Source of the DNA: a virus
Lineage: Duplodnaviria; Caudoviricetes
Length of the DNA: 64,000 nt
Virus record (IMG/VR): IMGVR_UViG_3300035698_018668
Coordinates: 2,180 to 66,179 of that record
Direction: 5' to 3' (one strand)
In this document: positions 19,941 through 27,884 of the stretch, one piece after another
Position numbering within the stretch: position 1 is the first letter of the stretch
How the letters are laid out: each line of letters opens with the position of its first letter
Notes under the pieces: model-generated
Database searches by the model: none
What the model was told of the DNA's origin: nothing
The model's input: only the letters and a program-made list of their open reading frames with translations
Translations under genes and position numbers: made by a program

Positions 19941-20636
19941 GTGAACGAAGATTTAACCCAGAATACCCCTCTACTCCGGAGGGCTGAAAAACACATTCAT
20001 TGGAACTTATGGATCCCGATTATCGTCGCGGTACTTGGGTGGCTTATGGTTTCGTTTGGTAACTCCGGGGACCAAGAGAAGCTTTATATCGAGACTAACG
20101 TGCTCTTAAGTAAACAGCTTGCGGAACAACGGATTGCCTTTAATGAGCAAATGGAGTCTCAATCCATAAGGTTTGAAAAAATTATTTCTAAATTAACGAA
20201 AGATAATATTGAATTAAAACTCCAATTAGTCCAAGTAAGCGCCGAGCTTAATATCAACATGAACAAAACAGAGCTTTATCAAAATGTACTTAACACATTA
20301 CCTTTCCCCGCTTGGATAAAACGGATGGATGCCGATGGCCAATTCAGGATGGTGATGATTAACGAACAGTTCACCAGCCAGTATGGGATTACCCCAAGTG
20401 AGTATGTTGGGCGCACTGATTTTCAGGTGCACCCTAAGGAGTTAGCCACTAAATATTTTGAAGCTGACCGTAAAGTACTCTCATCAGGTAAAGGATTCAC
20501 CGAGTACGAAGTTAGTATTCAAGGGGGGGAGGAAGTTCAAACGCTAGTTTATAGATTCCTTTTTAACCTCCCGAATAATATAGATGGGGTGGCCGGGGTG
20601 GCCGTCACCCAAAAACTACTAAAGAGAAATCCATAA
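19941..20636 (+). CDS. membrane-anchored coiled-coil plus PAS-domain protein
   Basis: TM segment at aa ~21-40, then a coiled coil, then LNTLPFPAWIK..DGQFRMVMINEQF..GITPSEYVGRTDFQVHP..ADRKVL, a typical PAS fold signature. Confidence 0.7.
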   Translation: MNEDLTQNTPLLRRAEKHIHWNLWIPIIVAVLGWLMVSFGNSGDQEKLYIETNVLLSKQLAEQRIAFNEQMESQSIRFEKIISKLTKDNIELKLQLVQVSAELNINMNKTELYQNVLNTLPFPAWIKRMDADGQFRMVMINEQFTSQYGITPSEYVGRTDFQVHPKELATKYFEADRKVLSSGKGFTEYEVSIQGGEEVQTLVYRFLFNLPNNIDGVAGVAVTQKLLKRNP

Positions 20637-21280
20637 TGCAACTACACGACTTTAATACACTAGCCGAAGCACAAGCGCATATAGAGATAAACCCAGAACT
20701 GATTCATCGAGATACGATGAATGGGATCCTAGGACTAGGTGGGGTCTATTCAGCAATGAAAAAGATCGCATTTACCGAAGGACATCCCGCGCAAAACGCA
20801 ATGGATGCCTTTATGGACTCATTAGAATTTAATTTTAAAAATGGTGAGCCAGGCAGTACAGGTGAAGTTCAGAAAACCGCGTTTGATAATTTAATCGCTG
20901 CGAATATAACAGTTGACATGGCGGGTACTGTCGTTCAAGTCTCGGCAGTACTGAACGCGCTAAAACCGGTTATATTAGCAAAAGCGAACCCTACAACTAC
21001 CCCGTTTTTAAATAGAACCCAGCACGATTTTGATTTGGCGAAGGGTACAATTTCACGTACTCAAGTCACAGTTGAACAAGGTTTTTGCACTATCACAACA
21101 TCAGCAGACGCACCAAGACATAATCCCCAAATATACCGTCGAATTACTTTTACAAACGGTTCTTTTGAGTTCGTTAGAGTGGCAGGTTTTAGAGACGTAG
21201 AAGCTGCAAATACTTACCGGGTACAATGCCCGAACTTCCCTGATTTGTGGGTTGATGATGCGTATAATTTGGTGAGCTAG
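20636..21280 (+). CDS. hypothetical protein
   Basis: 214-aa ORF coupled to the previous gene by TAATG. Confidence 0.6.
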   Translation: MQLHDFNTLAEAQAHIEINPELIHRDTMNGILGLGGVYSAMKKIAFTEGHPAQNAMDAFMDSLEFNFKNGEPGSTGEVQKTAFDNLIAANITVDMAGTVVQVSAVLNALKPVILAKANPTTTPFLNRTQHDFDLAKGTISRTQVTVEQGFCTITTSADAPRHNPQIYRRITFTNGSFEFVRVAGFRDVEAANTYRVQCPNFPDLWVDDAYNLVS

Positions 21281-21282
21281 AA

Positions 21283-22746
21283 ATGGCGCATCGTCTATTT
21301 AAAGAAGTAAATGCAAACGGATACGTAACCTCCCCAACTTTGGGTAATTTACTAACCGCAAGTACTGTATCAGTTGAGATAGATAATTTTACTTGGCCCG
21401 ATGCCCAGTCGGGTTATATTTTTTCACAAGCCTCGGGTGTCAGTCAGCAAAGAGAACTAGGTCTTTATTTTTCAGGCAACGGATCTTTGGATTTGTATTT
21501 TGGCGGTAGTGATACAACGGTACTTAGCTCGGCATACGTATCTCAAATTAAAGGGTTCCTAACAGATGTAGACGTTAAGTTTGAGATAGATATAACTAAC
21601 TCTATCGTTCGGCTAACAATCGATAACGGTAATCCTTTAGCGGGCCCGTTTAATAAGGGAACAGCCAGAACAGAGGGTGTTCTTTTTAGATTTCAAGCGA
21701 GAGCATCAGACGACAACTCAGGCTCAACAGGAGGGAGTTATACAGCACCAATTGGCACCAAGATGGGCAACTCCAGAGTTTATATTGACGGTGTTTTAAC
21801 AAGGAATTACGTTTCAGATGGCACTGGATCAACTTGGGAAGAAACCGTTGATTCAGGAGCTAGTGACGGCACTATACACTCGTTCCCAACCGACGGCAGC
21901 CAGTGGGAAGCCTATGGAATAGTTGCGACAAACACAGCACCCGTAGCAAATGCAGGTGCTGACCAGACCGATATTGAAGCAGGGGCAACAGTTACACTGG
22001 ATGGCACATCATCTACCGATGCTGACTCAGATGCGATCACATATCTATGGACAGCACCGAGCGGGATAACTTTATCAAGCACTACATCTTCACAGCCTAC
22101 GTTTACCGCACCGTCAACTAACGCAGCTCAAAATCTTTCATTTGACTTAGTTGTAAATGATGGCACAGATAACAGTTCATCCGATACTGTTATTATTAGT
22201 GTATTAGCAGAAGCGTCACAAGGCACAGTCACGGGTGCTTATTTCTTACGTAATGAATTTAATTCAAACCAGTTAGTAAGAATAGATCCCGAAATAATTC
22301 TCGTAGGTAATTATCGAATCGAATACGACTTTGTTATTTATCAAGAAAGTAATGACCAAAAATTAATGGACTCATTAACCTCAGTTGATCGACTAGATGT
22401 TAACGTGAAGTCCAACGGTAATTTAGATTCTAGAAATTATCTTGAATTTGAATTAGATGGAGTGCTAATAACTAATTTATCGTCTTATTATGGGACAAGA
22501 ATAACACTCAATATTCAAAGAACTGCAAATCAAACAGACACATCTAATGTTCGAGTAGGTACACTATTTGGGCGATATAATAACGAATATAACGCAAGTG
22601 TAGATTTTTACGGTATGAAAGTGTTTGATTCAAATAACACTTTAATCGCTCATTTAAAACCACCTACTGATGGGACTGGGGTAATATTACCTGATTCAGT
22701 CGGAACTTATGATGGTGACCTTGGCGGCTACCCTTCACCTCCTTGA
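21283..22746 (+). CDS. virion protein with LamG/ConA-like and PKD/Ig-like domains (N-part of a probable longer gene)
   Basis: NTAPVANAGADQT..VTLDGTSSTDAD..TYLWT PKD-like repeat between two beta-sandwich-like domains. Confidence 0.7.
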   Translation: MAHRLFKEVNANGYVTSPTLGNLLTASTVSVEIDNFTWPDAQSGYIFSQASGVSQQRELGLYFSGNGSLDLYFGGSDTTVLSSAYVSQIKGFLTDVDVKFEIDITNSIVRLTIDNGNPLAGPFNKGTARTEGVLFRFQARASDDNSGSTGGSYTAPIGTKMGNSRVYIDGVLTRNYVSDGTGSTWEETVDSGASDGTIHSFPTDGSQWEAYGIVATNTAPVANAGADQTDIEAGATVTLDGTSSTDADSDAITYLWTAPSGITLSSTTSSQPTFTAPSTNAAQNLSFDLVVNDGTDNSSSDTVIISVLAEASQGTVTGAYFLRNEFNSNQLVRIDPEIILVGNYRIEYDFVIYQESNDQKLMDSLTSVDRLDVNVKSNGNLDSRNYLEFELDGVLITNLSSYYGTRITLNIQRTANQTDTSNVRVGTLFGRYNNEYNASVDFYGMKVFDSNNTLIAHLKPPTDGTGVILPDSVGTYDGDLGGYPSPP

Positions 22747-24408
22747 GTTTATTACGAAGAGGCCGGTGCTCCAGGGGTAACCCTTGATTTCACACCTATA
22801 GTTTTGCAGAGTAGTACCTCGGTTGAGAGCTTAGCTGTGTCGATGGACCTAGCAGTTACGTCAAACCCAACGCAAATTGTAACGGGCGTCCCAAGTCTAG
22901 CGGCCTCTTCGATTCTTACTTTTGATCCCCTTATAACCCAAACCCAAACTGAGGTCGAAACCCTGGGGATGGGGCAGCTAATTAGTTTAGATTCAATCCA
23001 GACGCAAATCTCAGTGGATATTTCTAGCTTGAACGCCACCTTGTTGCTCGCATTTAACTCAAGCCCAACCCAAACCCAAACCGATGTCTCCAGCTTGGAC
23101 GTCTCAATGATCCTTAACCTTGAGGCTAACAGCACCCAAACGGTGACTGAAGTTCCGAGCTTTAACGTCTCGATGCTTCTCCACCTTGTATCTAGCCCGA
23201 CACAAACTATAACGGCGGTTCCTAATGCGGACATAACTCAGGTGCTAGGCCTGAGCTCAATCCAAACTCAGACGATAACAGATGTCCCGCTTTTAGATTT
23301 TTCCCAAGTAACCCTACTGCAATCGGTGAGCACTGAAACAGTTTACCAAGTGCAAAGCCTAGCTCTTACCTCCCTCGCTAGTTTAGTGGGGGTACTAACC
23401 GAAAGCATTACTACGGTTGAGTCTTTGGATGCCACGGGCATAGTTTCCCTAACATCGGTTCAAACACAACAGCGAACCCAAGTAGAACCGATTCAAGTGG
23501 GCTATCAGCAAGCCTTGGAGGCGGTTCAGTCTCAGATTATTACCCAAGCTCAAACCTTGGACCTTATTAATGCTATCGCTTTTACCGCAAGCCCCACACA
23601 AACGATTGTCCAGAGTATCAGTTTAAGTTTGACTGCGGAGCTAAACCCTCTAGTCATTGCGGCGCAGGTTGTGACCTCGTTTGCTATGGTTAACGTCGCT
23701 CAAATACTGGCGCTTAACTCAGTGGCCACTCAGCAAATAACGCACGTAGAGGAGCTAAACTTAGCTTCTTTGGGGGGTTTGGTTGCCCAAATTCTTGAGA
23801 TTGACACTACGGTTGTTGAGGCGGGTATTACCCAAACATTATCCTTATTTGCAGTGCAGACTCAGCAGGATGTTACCGTACCTATAGTGCAAACATCAGG
23901 GCTTCAAAGCTTAGCGGTGGCAACGGTTGAGGTGAATACCAAGACCGATTTGTTAACGCTATTAGACAATCTTAGCCTTATTGCAGTTGTTACCCAGCAT
24001 GACACAACTGTAACTGGGTTGACACTCGGCCAAACTTTATCAACTATGTCGGCTGAAACACAAACGGTTACTGAAGTTGAGCAAGTAGACCTTAACCTAT
24101 TATTAAACTTTTTTAGTGGAAGCACTGAACAAGTAACGGAGGTTTCGGATTTAAACTTAGTACTCCAAGGGGGGTTAGATATTCCCCAGGTTGAGATAAC
24201 TACAGATGTTATTTCAACGATGTTGACTACCTTGCTCACCTTTAATAGTGTGCAAACGCAGCAATTAACCGAGGTGGAGATTCTGAATGTTATCTCTACT
24301 AATTTAGGGATAGATATTGGGAATATTATACCCCTGTCCCGAGCGACGATTTTTAATCTAACTCCAACAACTGAAACTTTCTTATTGACGATGAGGTTAA
24401 CCGAATGA
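22747..24408 (+). CDS. repetitive T/Q/V/L-rich structural protein, in-frame continuation after TGA 22744
   Basis: ~21-aa repeats (TQTxTxVxxL). Same frame as 21283..22746 and open directly after the TGA, with no evident RBS of its own. Confidence 0.6.
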   Translation, partial: VYYEEAGAPGVTLDFTPIVLQSSTSVESLAVSMDLAVTSNPTQIVTGVPSLAASSILTFDPLITQTQTEVETLGMGQLISLDSIQTQISVDISSLNATLLLAFNSSPTQTQTDVSSLDVSMILNLEANSTQTVTEVPSFNVSMLLHLVSSPTQTITAVPNADITQVLGLSSIQTQTITDVPLLDFSQVTLLQSVSTETVYQVQSLALTSLASLVGVLTESITTVESLDATGIVSLTSVQTQQRTQVEPIQVGYQQALEAVQSQIITQAQTLDLINAIAFTASPTQTIVQSISLSLTAELNPLVIAAQVVTSFAMVNVAQILALNSVATQQITHVEELNLASLGGLVAQILEIDTTVVEAGITQTLSLFAVQTQQDVTVPIVQTSGLQSLAVATVEVNTKTDLLTLLDNLSLIAVVTQHDTTVTGLTLGQTLSTMSAETQTVTEVEQVDLNLLLNFFSGSTEQVTEVSDLNLVLQGGLDIPQVEITTDVISTMLTTLLTFNSVQTQQLTEVEILNVISTNLGIDIGNIIPLSRATIFNLTPTTETFLLTMRLTE

Positions 24409-24800
24409 ACTATAGCTCTTTCCAATACAAACAGGCTCCTAAAGCCGTCCTTGAAGCGTGTGATGAAATCGGGATTGTAAAGAACCCGCTTACCACAGAT
24501 ACCAACGCGGAGTTTACTGCTAAGGTTATCTGCACTACATCTATGTCTGCGGCTGATGTAGCAACGACCCTTGAGGCTGACCGTCGTGCTCGCTTTTCTG
24601 TGAATGGTAAAAGTGGTATTGACCCAAGCGGTGCCGCGGTTGCCGCCACGGATGACATCTGTTTATTCTTTAGAAACACAACCGCAAGTCGCGTTGAGTT
24701 TGTCCAAGATATTACGGATAAAGACATTGCCAATGATGATGGGGATTTGTTAAATATCCCAGCGTCGATTCATTATGGAAATGACCCAACGCCAATTTAA
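24405..24800 (+). CDS. hypothetical (probable virion) protein
   Basis: ATGA overlap with the previous gene, GAGG RBS, and a motif copy at 24382-24393. Confidence 0.6.
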   Translation: MNYSSFQYKQAPKAVLEACDEIGIVKNPLTTDTNAEFTAKVICTTSMSAADVATTLEADRRARFSVNGKSGIDPSGAAVAATDDICLFFRNTTASRVEFVQDITDKDIANDDGDLLNIPASIHYGNDPTPI

Positions 24801-24808
24801 GGTTCCCC

Positions 24809-25159
24809 ATGAAACTAACTTTGCCTGTCTACCCGGGTTCTTTGGGGGTAACCTCTTTTTTGGTGGGGTCCTTTACCGAGGGTAACCCGGCTACAACCAA
24901 AGTGGTCCCTTTAGCCGTGCGCGGGTTTAACCGTGTTGTGGCTGAGTTAGGGGTTTTAGTTTTAGATTCTTCAATTTCCCCCCAAGATATCTGGTTAGAT
25001 TATGCGACCCAAGAAGTGCATATTCGTTTGGGTGCTTTAGGTCTAACTGTTGGGGACCGGGGGCTCTTAACCATTCGAATGTACCAGTATGGAGAGGCAA
25101 CCCCTTTTATTCTCTGTGGCCCTTTTGAGTTTATGCAACTTACGTTAGTAACCCTTTAA
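24809..25159 (+). CDS. hypothetical protein
   Basis: 116-aa ORF within the operon. Confidence 0.55.
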   Translation: MKLTLPVYPGSLGVTSFLVGSFTEGNPATTKVVPLAVRGFNRVVAELGVLVLDSSISPQDIWLDYATQEVHIRLGALGLTVGDRGLLTIRMYQYGEATPFILCGPFEFMQLTLVTL

Positions 25160-25194
25160 AAATTTAGCTTGATGATGTTTAGGAGAGACCTGGA

Positions 25195-25746
25195 ATGCCC
25201 ACTTTTGTAAAACTATTTATCGACAACGTACTTGAGAAAGAAAAAGGGTATGTTGACCACGAGGATGACTCCGGGGGAGCCACAAACCACGGCATAATCG
25301 AAAGGGTTGCCCGAGAACATGGGTACACTGGGATGATGGAGGCTTTAAGTATTGAACAGGCCCGAGAAATTTATTACACCATCTATTTTAAGAAGCCGAA
25401 GCTGGATTTTCTTGCCGAGATATCGCAACCGATAGCAGAAGAAGTCTTTGATGCCGGCGTTAATATTGGGACCGCCAGAGCAATAATGTTCCTGCAACAG
25501 GCCCTGTCTGTGTTCAATAAAAGGGAGACTTTTTATAAGGACCTAGTTATTGACGGAAATCTAGGGCCTATGAGCTTAACCTCGTTAAGAATATTCCTTA
25601 GAGAACGTTCGGTGCATGGCGAGGAGGTTTTGCTAAAAGCCCTAAATTGTTACCAAGGCGAGTACTATCTAAGTCTCGCGCAGAAGTATGAGAAGAACGA
25701 GAGCTTCGTTTTCGGGTGGATCAGAACTCGAGTAGCGCTTACTTAA
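25195..25746 (+). CDS. endolysin, glycoside hydrolase family 108 with PG-binding domain
   Basis: EKGYVDHEDDSGGATNHGI, FDAGVNIG, IDGNLGP and FVFGWIRTR motifs. Confidence 0.92.
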   Translation: MPTFVKLFIDNVLEKEKGYVDHEDDSGGATNHGIIERVAREHGYTGMMEALSIEQAREIYYTIYFKKPKLDFLAEISQPIAEEVFDAGVNIGTARAIMFLQQALSVFNKRETFYKDLVIDGNLGPMSLTSLRIFLRERSVHGEEVLLKALNCYQGEYYLSLAQKYEKNESFVFGWIRTRVALT

Positions 25747-25761
25747 CTATAGAGGAAATTG

Positions 25762-26343
25762 ATGATGAGCGATTGGAAAAAAGTATTAGCCGCAACTGCC
25801 CCAGACCTTGCTCGGTTTATCGGCGGCCCTCTAGGGGGGGTTGCAACCCAGTTTCTAGTAGATCAATTTTTACCTGAAGAAGCCGCTGCCGCCGTGCGGG
25901 ATTCAACCAATCCCTTAACTTCGGAGAAAGCCTTATCTGGGGCCTTGGCCACTGCCAGCCCAGAAACCTTAGTGAAGTTAAAAGAGGTGGCGGCTGATTT
26001 TAAGGTTAAAATGAAGGACCTTGAGATTAAAGAGAGCGCACTCTATATCGAGGATACTAAGGATGCCCGCACCCTCGCTAAACAAACTTCAATGGCTCCG
26101 CAGTTGTCGATAACCGCATTATTTATTTTAGGGTACTTTGGGATTGTCTCTGGGGTTATTTTTACCGAGCTTACTTTAAGCAATGAAGTTATTTTATTAC
26201 TGGGCGTTATGACCTCCGCCATCCCACAAATACTAAGTTTTTGGTTTGGTACTAGTAAGGGCTCCCAAGATAAAAATAATTTCCAAGGAGTTCAAAATGA
26301 ATTGGCTCAATATAAAGGCACAAAAATTAAAGAATTGGGGTAG
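25762..26343 (+). CDS. holin (3TM/GTA-holin-like)
   Basis: Follows the endolysin. IGGPLGG N-terminus, two C-terminal TM segments and FWFGTSKGS. Confidence 0.75.
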   Translation: MMSDWKKVLAATAPDLARFIGGPLGGVATQFLVDQFLPEEAAAAVRDSTNPLTSEKALSGALATASPETLVKLKEVAADFKVKMKDLEIKESALYIEDTKDARTLAKQTSMAPQLSITALFILGYFGIVSGVIFTELTLSNEVILLLGVMTSAIPQILSFWFGTSKGSQDKNNFQGVQNELAQYKGTKIKELG

Positions 26344-26416
26344 TTTAGGGCGGTTTTTAAGGAACCCTATGTTCCTAGATACACGCCAAAATCCGCTTGG
26401 TTGAGCTATCCATCGC

Positions 26417-26478
26417 CTGACTTGAAATCAGACGAAGAGTCAAATCTTCCAGAGGTTCGAATCCTCTACTCTCCGCCA
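26417..26478 (+). pseudogene. 3' portion of tRNA-Ser(TGA), the attP core
   Basis: Anticodon arm CTGA-CTTGAAA-TCAG, long variable arm, T arm AGAGG-TTCGAAT-CCTCT and ACTCTCC-GCCA end. No matching 5' acceptor strand or D arm upstream. Confidence 0.85.
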
Positions 26479-26484
26479 TTTTAG

Positions 26485-26511
26485 AAGGCCTGTAGCGATA
26501 CAGGCCTTTTT
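26485..26511 (+). terminator. intrinsic terminator after the tRNA fragment
   Basis: AAGGCCTGTA-gcga-TACAGGCCTT followed by TTT. Confidence 0.85.
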
Positions 26512-26558
26512 CGTTTCTGAAGGCTTAGGAACATTTTAGGAACATTCTCAAGGAACAT

Positions 26559-27596
26559 TTATTTAGGTAGGGGCGCCAAATCCCCAAAAGTGGCGGGAAC
26601 CTGCTGTAATTTTCGGTCGTAATCCATCGTTTGACGAACATTTGTGTGTCCAGCAATCAATTTTTTCTCTTCTAAGCTGCCTTCTTGGTCAGAAATACTT
26701 TTTGCTTTTAAATCGTGAAAGTGTATATCCATTTGTGATACTGAATCAAAGTTACATTCATTTACTGAATGTTCTTTAGCTTGCTCAAATTGACGTTGAA
26801 TTCCTCGCACTTGGTAATTTGATCCATTTACTTTATGAATAAGAAAAATAGACACTCTATTCTCCTTAATGGGGAGTTTTAGAGCTTGGTTTACGGCTTG
26901 CTGCAATCGAGGGCTCCATTGTTTTAGCTGAGCCTTACCTGTTTTGGATTGGACTATCGTGATGCCCTCAGGAGAAAGCTGAGAACGTTTAAGGTTAATT
27001 ACATCCGTAATACGAGCCATACATAAATACGACAGCTCCATTGCAACCTGAAGCTGGGGCATCGCATGTTTATATATCGTGGCATACTCATGGTGGGTTA
27101 CATATCGAGTTCGCTTCCGCTCCTTTAACTTCTTGATACCTTGGCTTGGGGTACCGGTGAGGTAACCTTGCTCCCTAGCATACCTTAGCACTGTCCCTAT
27201 AAAAGAAACGTGCCTATTCCCTTGTACAACAGAATCTCGTTTCTTAACCAAGAGGTTTCTCCACTGAACTATGTGGTGCGTTTGAATTGCGTCTGGGCTC
27301 ATCTTACCAAAGGCAAGCACGACTTCAGACTTGTAGTAGCCATAATCTAATTGAGTTCGAGAGGAGAGGGCTTTGAACTCCTCGGTAGCACAGAATTCTT
27401 CAACGAGGGAACGAACATTGAATGAACCCTCAAGCTCACTCAATATTCTGTCATAGGCTAGGAGAACGTCCCTACGAGAACCATCAGCAGGACATAGTTT
27501 ATAACGTTTGCCGTTACGAATTGGGCGGTATACAAAGTAGTTTCCGTTAATTGATACTTTCGGTGGCCACCAATCGACCGTTTTGTTAATTGTCAT
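26559..27596 (-). CDS. int: tyrosine integrase
   Basis: Catalytic R (ARITD), K (QSKTG), HFHDLKAK, GH and Y (DYDR). Adjacent to attP. Confidence 0.92.
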   Translation of the reverse strand: MTINKTVDWWPPKVSINGNYFVYRPIRNGKRYKLCPADGSRRDVLLAYDRILSELEGSFNVRSLVEEFCATEEFKALSSRTQLDYGYYKSEVVLAFGKMSPDAIQTHHIVQWRNLLVKKRDSVVQGNRHVSFIGTVLRYAREQGYLTGTPSQGIKKLKERKRTRYVTHHEYATIYKHAMPQLQVAMELSYLCMARITDVINLKRSQLSPEGITIVQSKTGKAQLKQWSPRLQQAVNQALKLPIKENRVSIFLIHKVNGSNYQVRGIQRQFEQAKEHSVNECNFDSVSQMDIHFHDLKAKSISDQEGSLEEKKLIAGHTNVRQTMDYDRKLQQVPATFGDLAPLPK

Positions 27597-27611
27597 CGTC
27601 TCTTCCGTTAA

Positions 27612-27845
27612 TTATAAATGTCCGAACGAGGGGTGACTCTCCTCCGTTCTTCTGGGCGCTGCGTTGGTGGCGGCGTTATTTTTATTTAAGCTCAGCCACG
27701 TCACTTTCAGCTTATTGTTTTTGGTTTCAAAGTACGGGATTCGGTTATTATCTAGTACTCGCTTTTGAACCTTTGGGTACTTAGCCCCGGTTAATTCAAT
27801 CAGTTCATTCTCGGTTAAAAACTTGCATTCGTTTGTATTTTCCAT
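27612..27845 (-). CDS. excisionase-like protein (DUF4224-like)
   Basis: FLTENELIELTGAKYPKVQKRVL winged-helix pattern directly upstream of the integrase. Confidence 0.75.
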   Translation of the reverse strand: MENTNECKFLTENELIELTGAKYPKVQKRVLDNNRIPYFETKNNKLKVTWLSLNKNNAATNAAPRRTEESHPSFGHL

Positions 27846-27884
27846 CGTCAATTCCTAATTGTTAGGGGCATAAGCCCCCTTAAA

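Larger units (their letters stand above)
26360..26559. mobile_element. attP: attP: tRNA-Ser core flanked by integrase arm-type repeats
   Basis: AGGAACATT x3 (26527, 26538, 26551) plus AGGAACCCT (26360) and inverted ATGTTCCT (26369) flank a tRNA 3' fragment next to the integrase. Confidence 0.8.

Noticed and set aside
22744-22746. Genome-wide TGA-to-Trp recoding (genetic code 4)
   Set aside because: Many genes end in TGA with ATGA overlaps, and long genes are not fragmented under the standard code.
2674-24733. Numerous - strand ORFs inside tail genes (and + strand ORFs inside the replication/early arm)
   Set aside because: They are shadow ORFs opposite well-supported genes, with no RBS or recognisable motifs.
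26390-26478. Intact phage tRNA-Ser gene
   Set aside because: The 5' acceptor strand and D arm are missing. It is better explained as the attP core.
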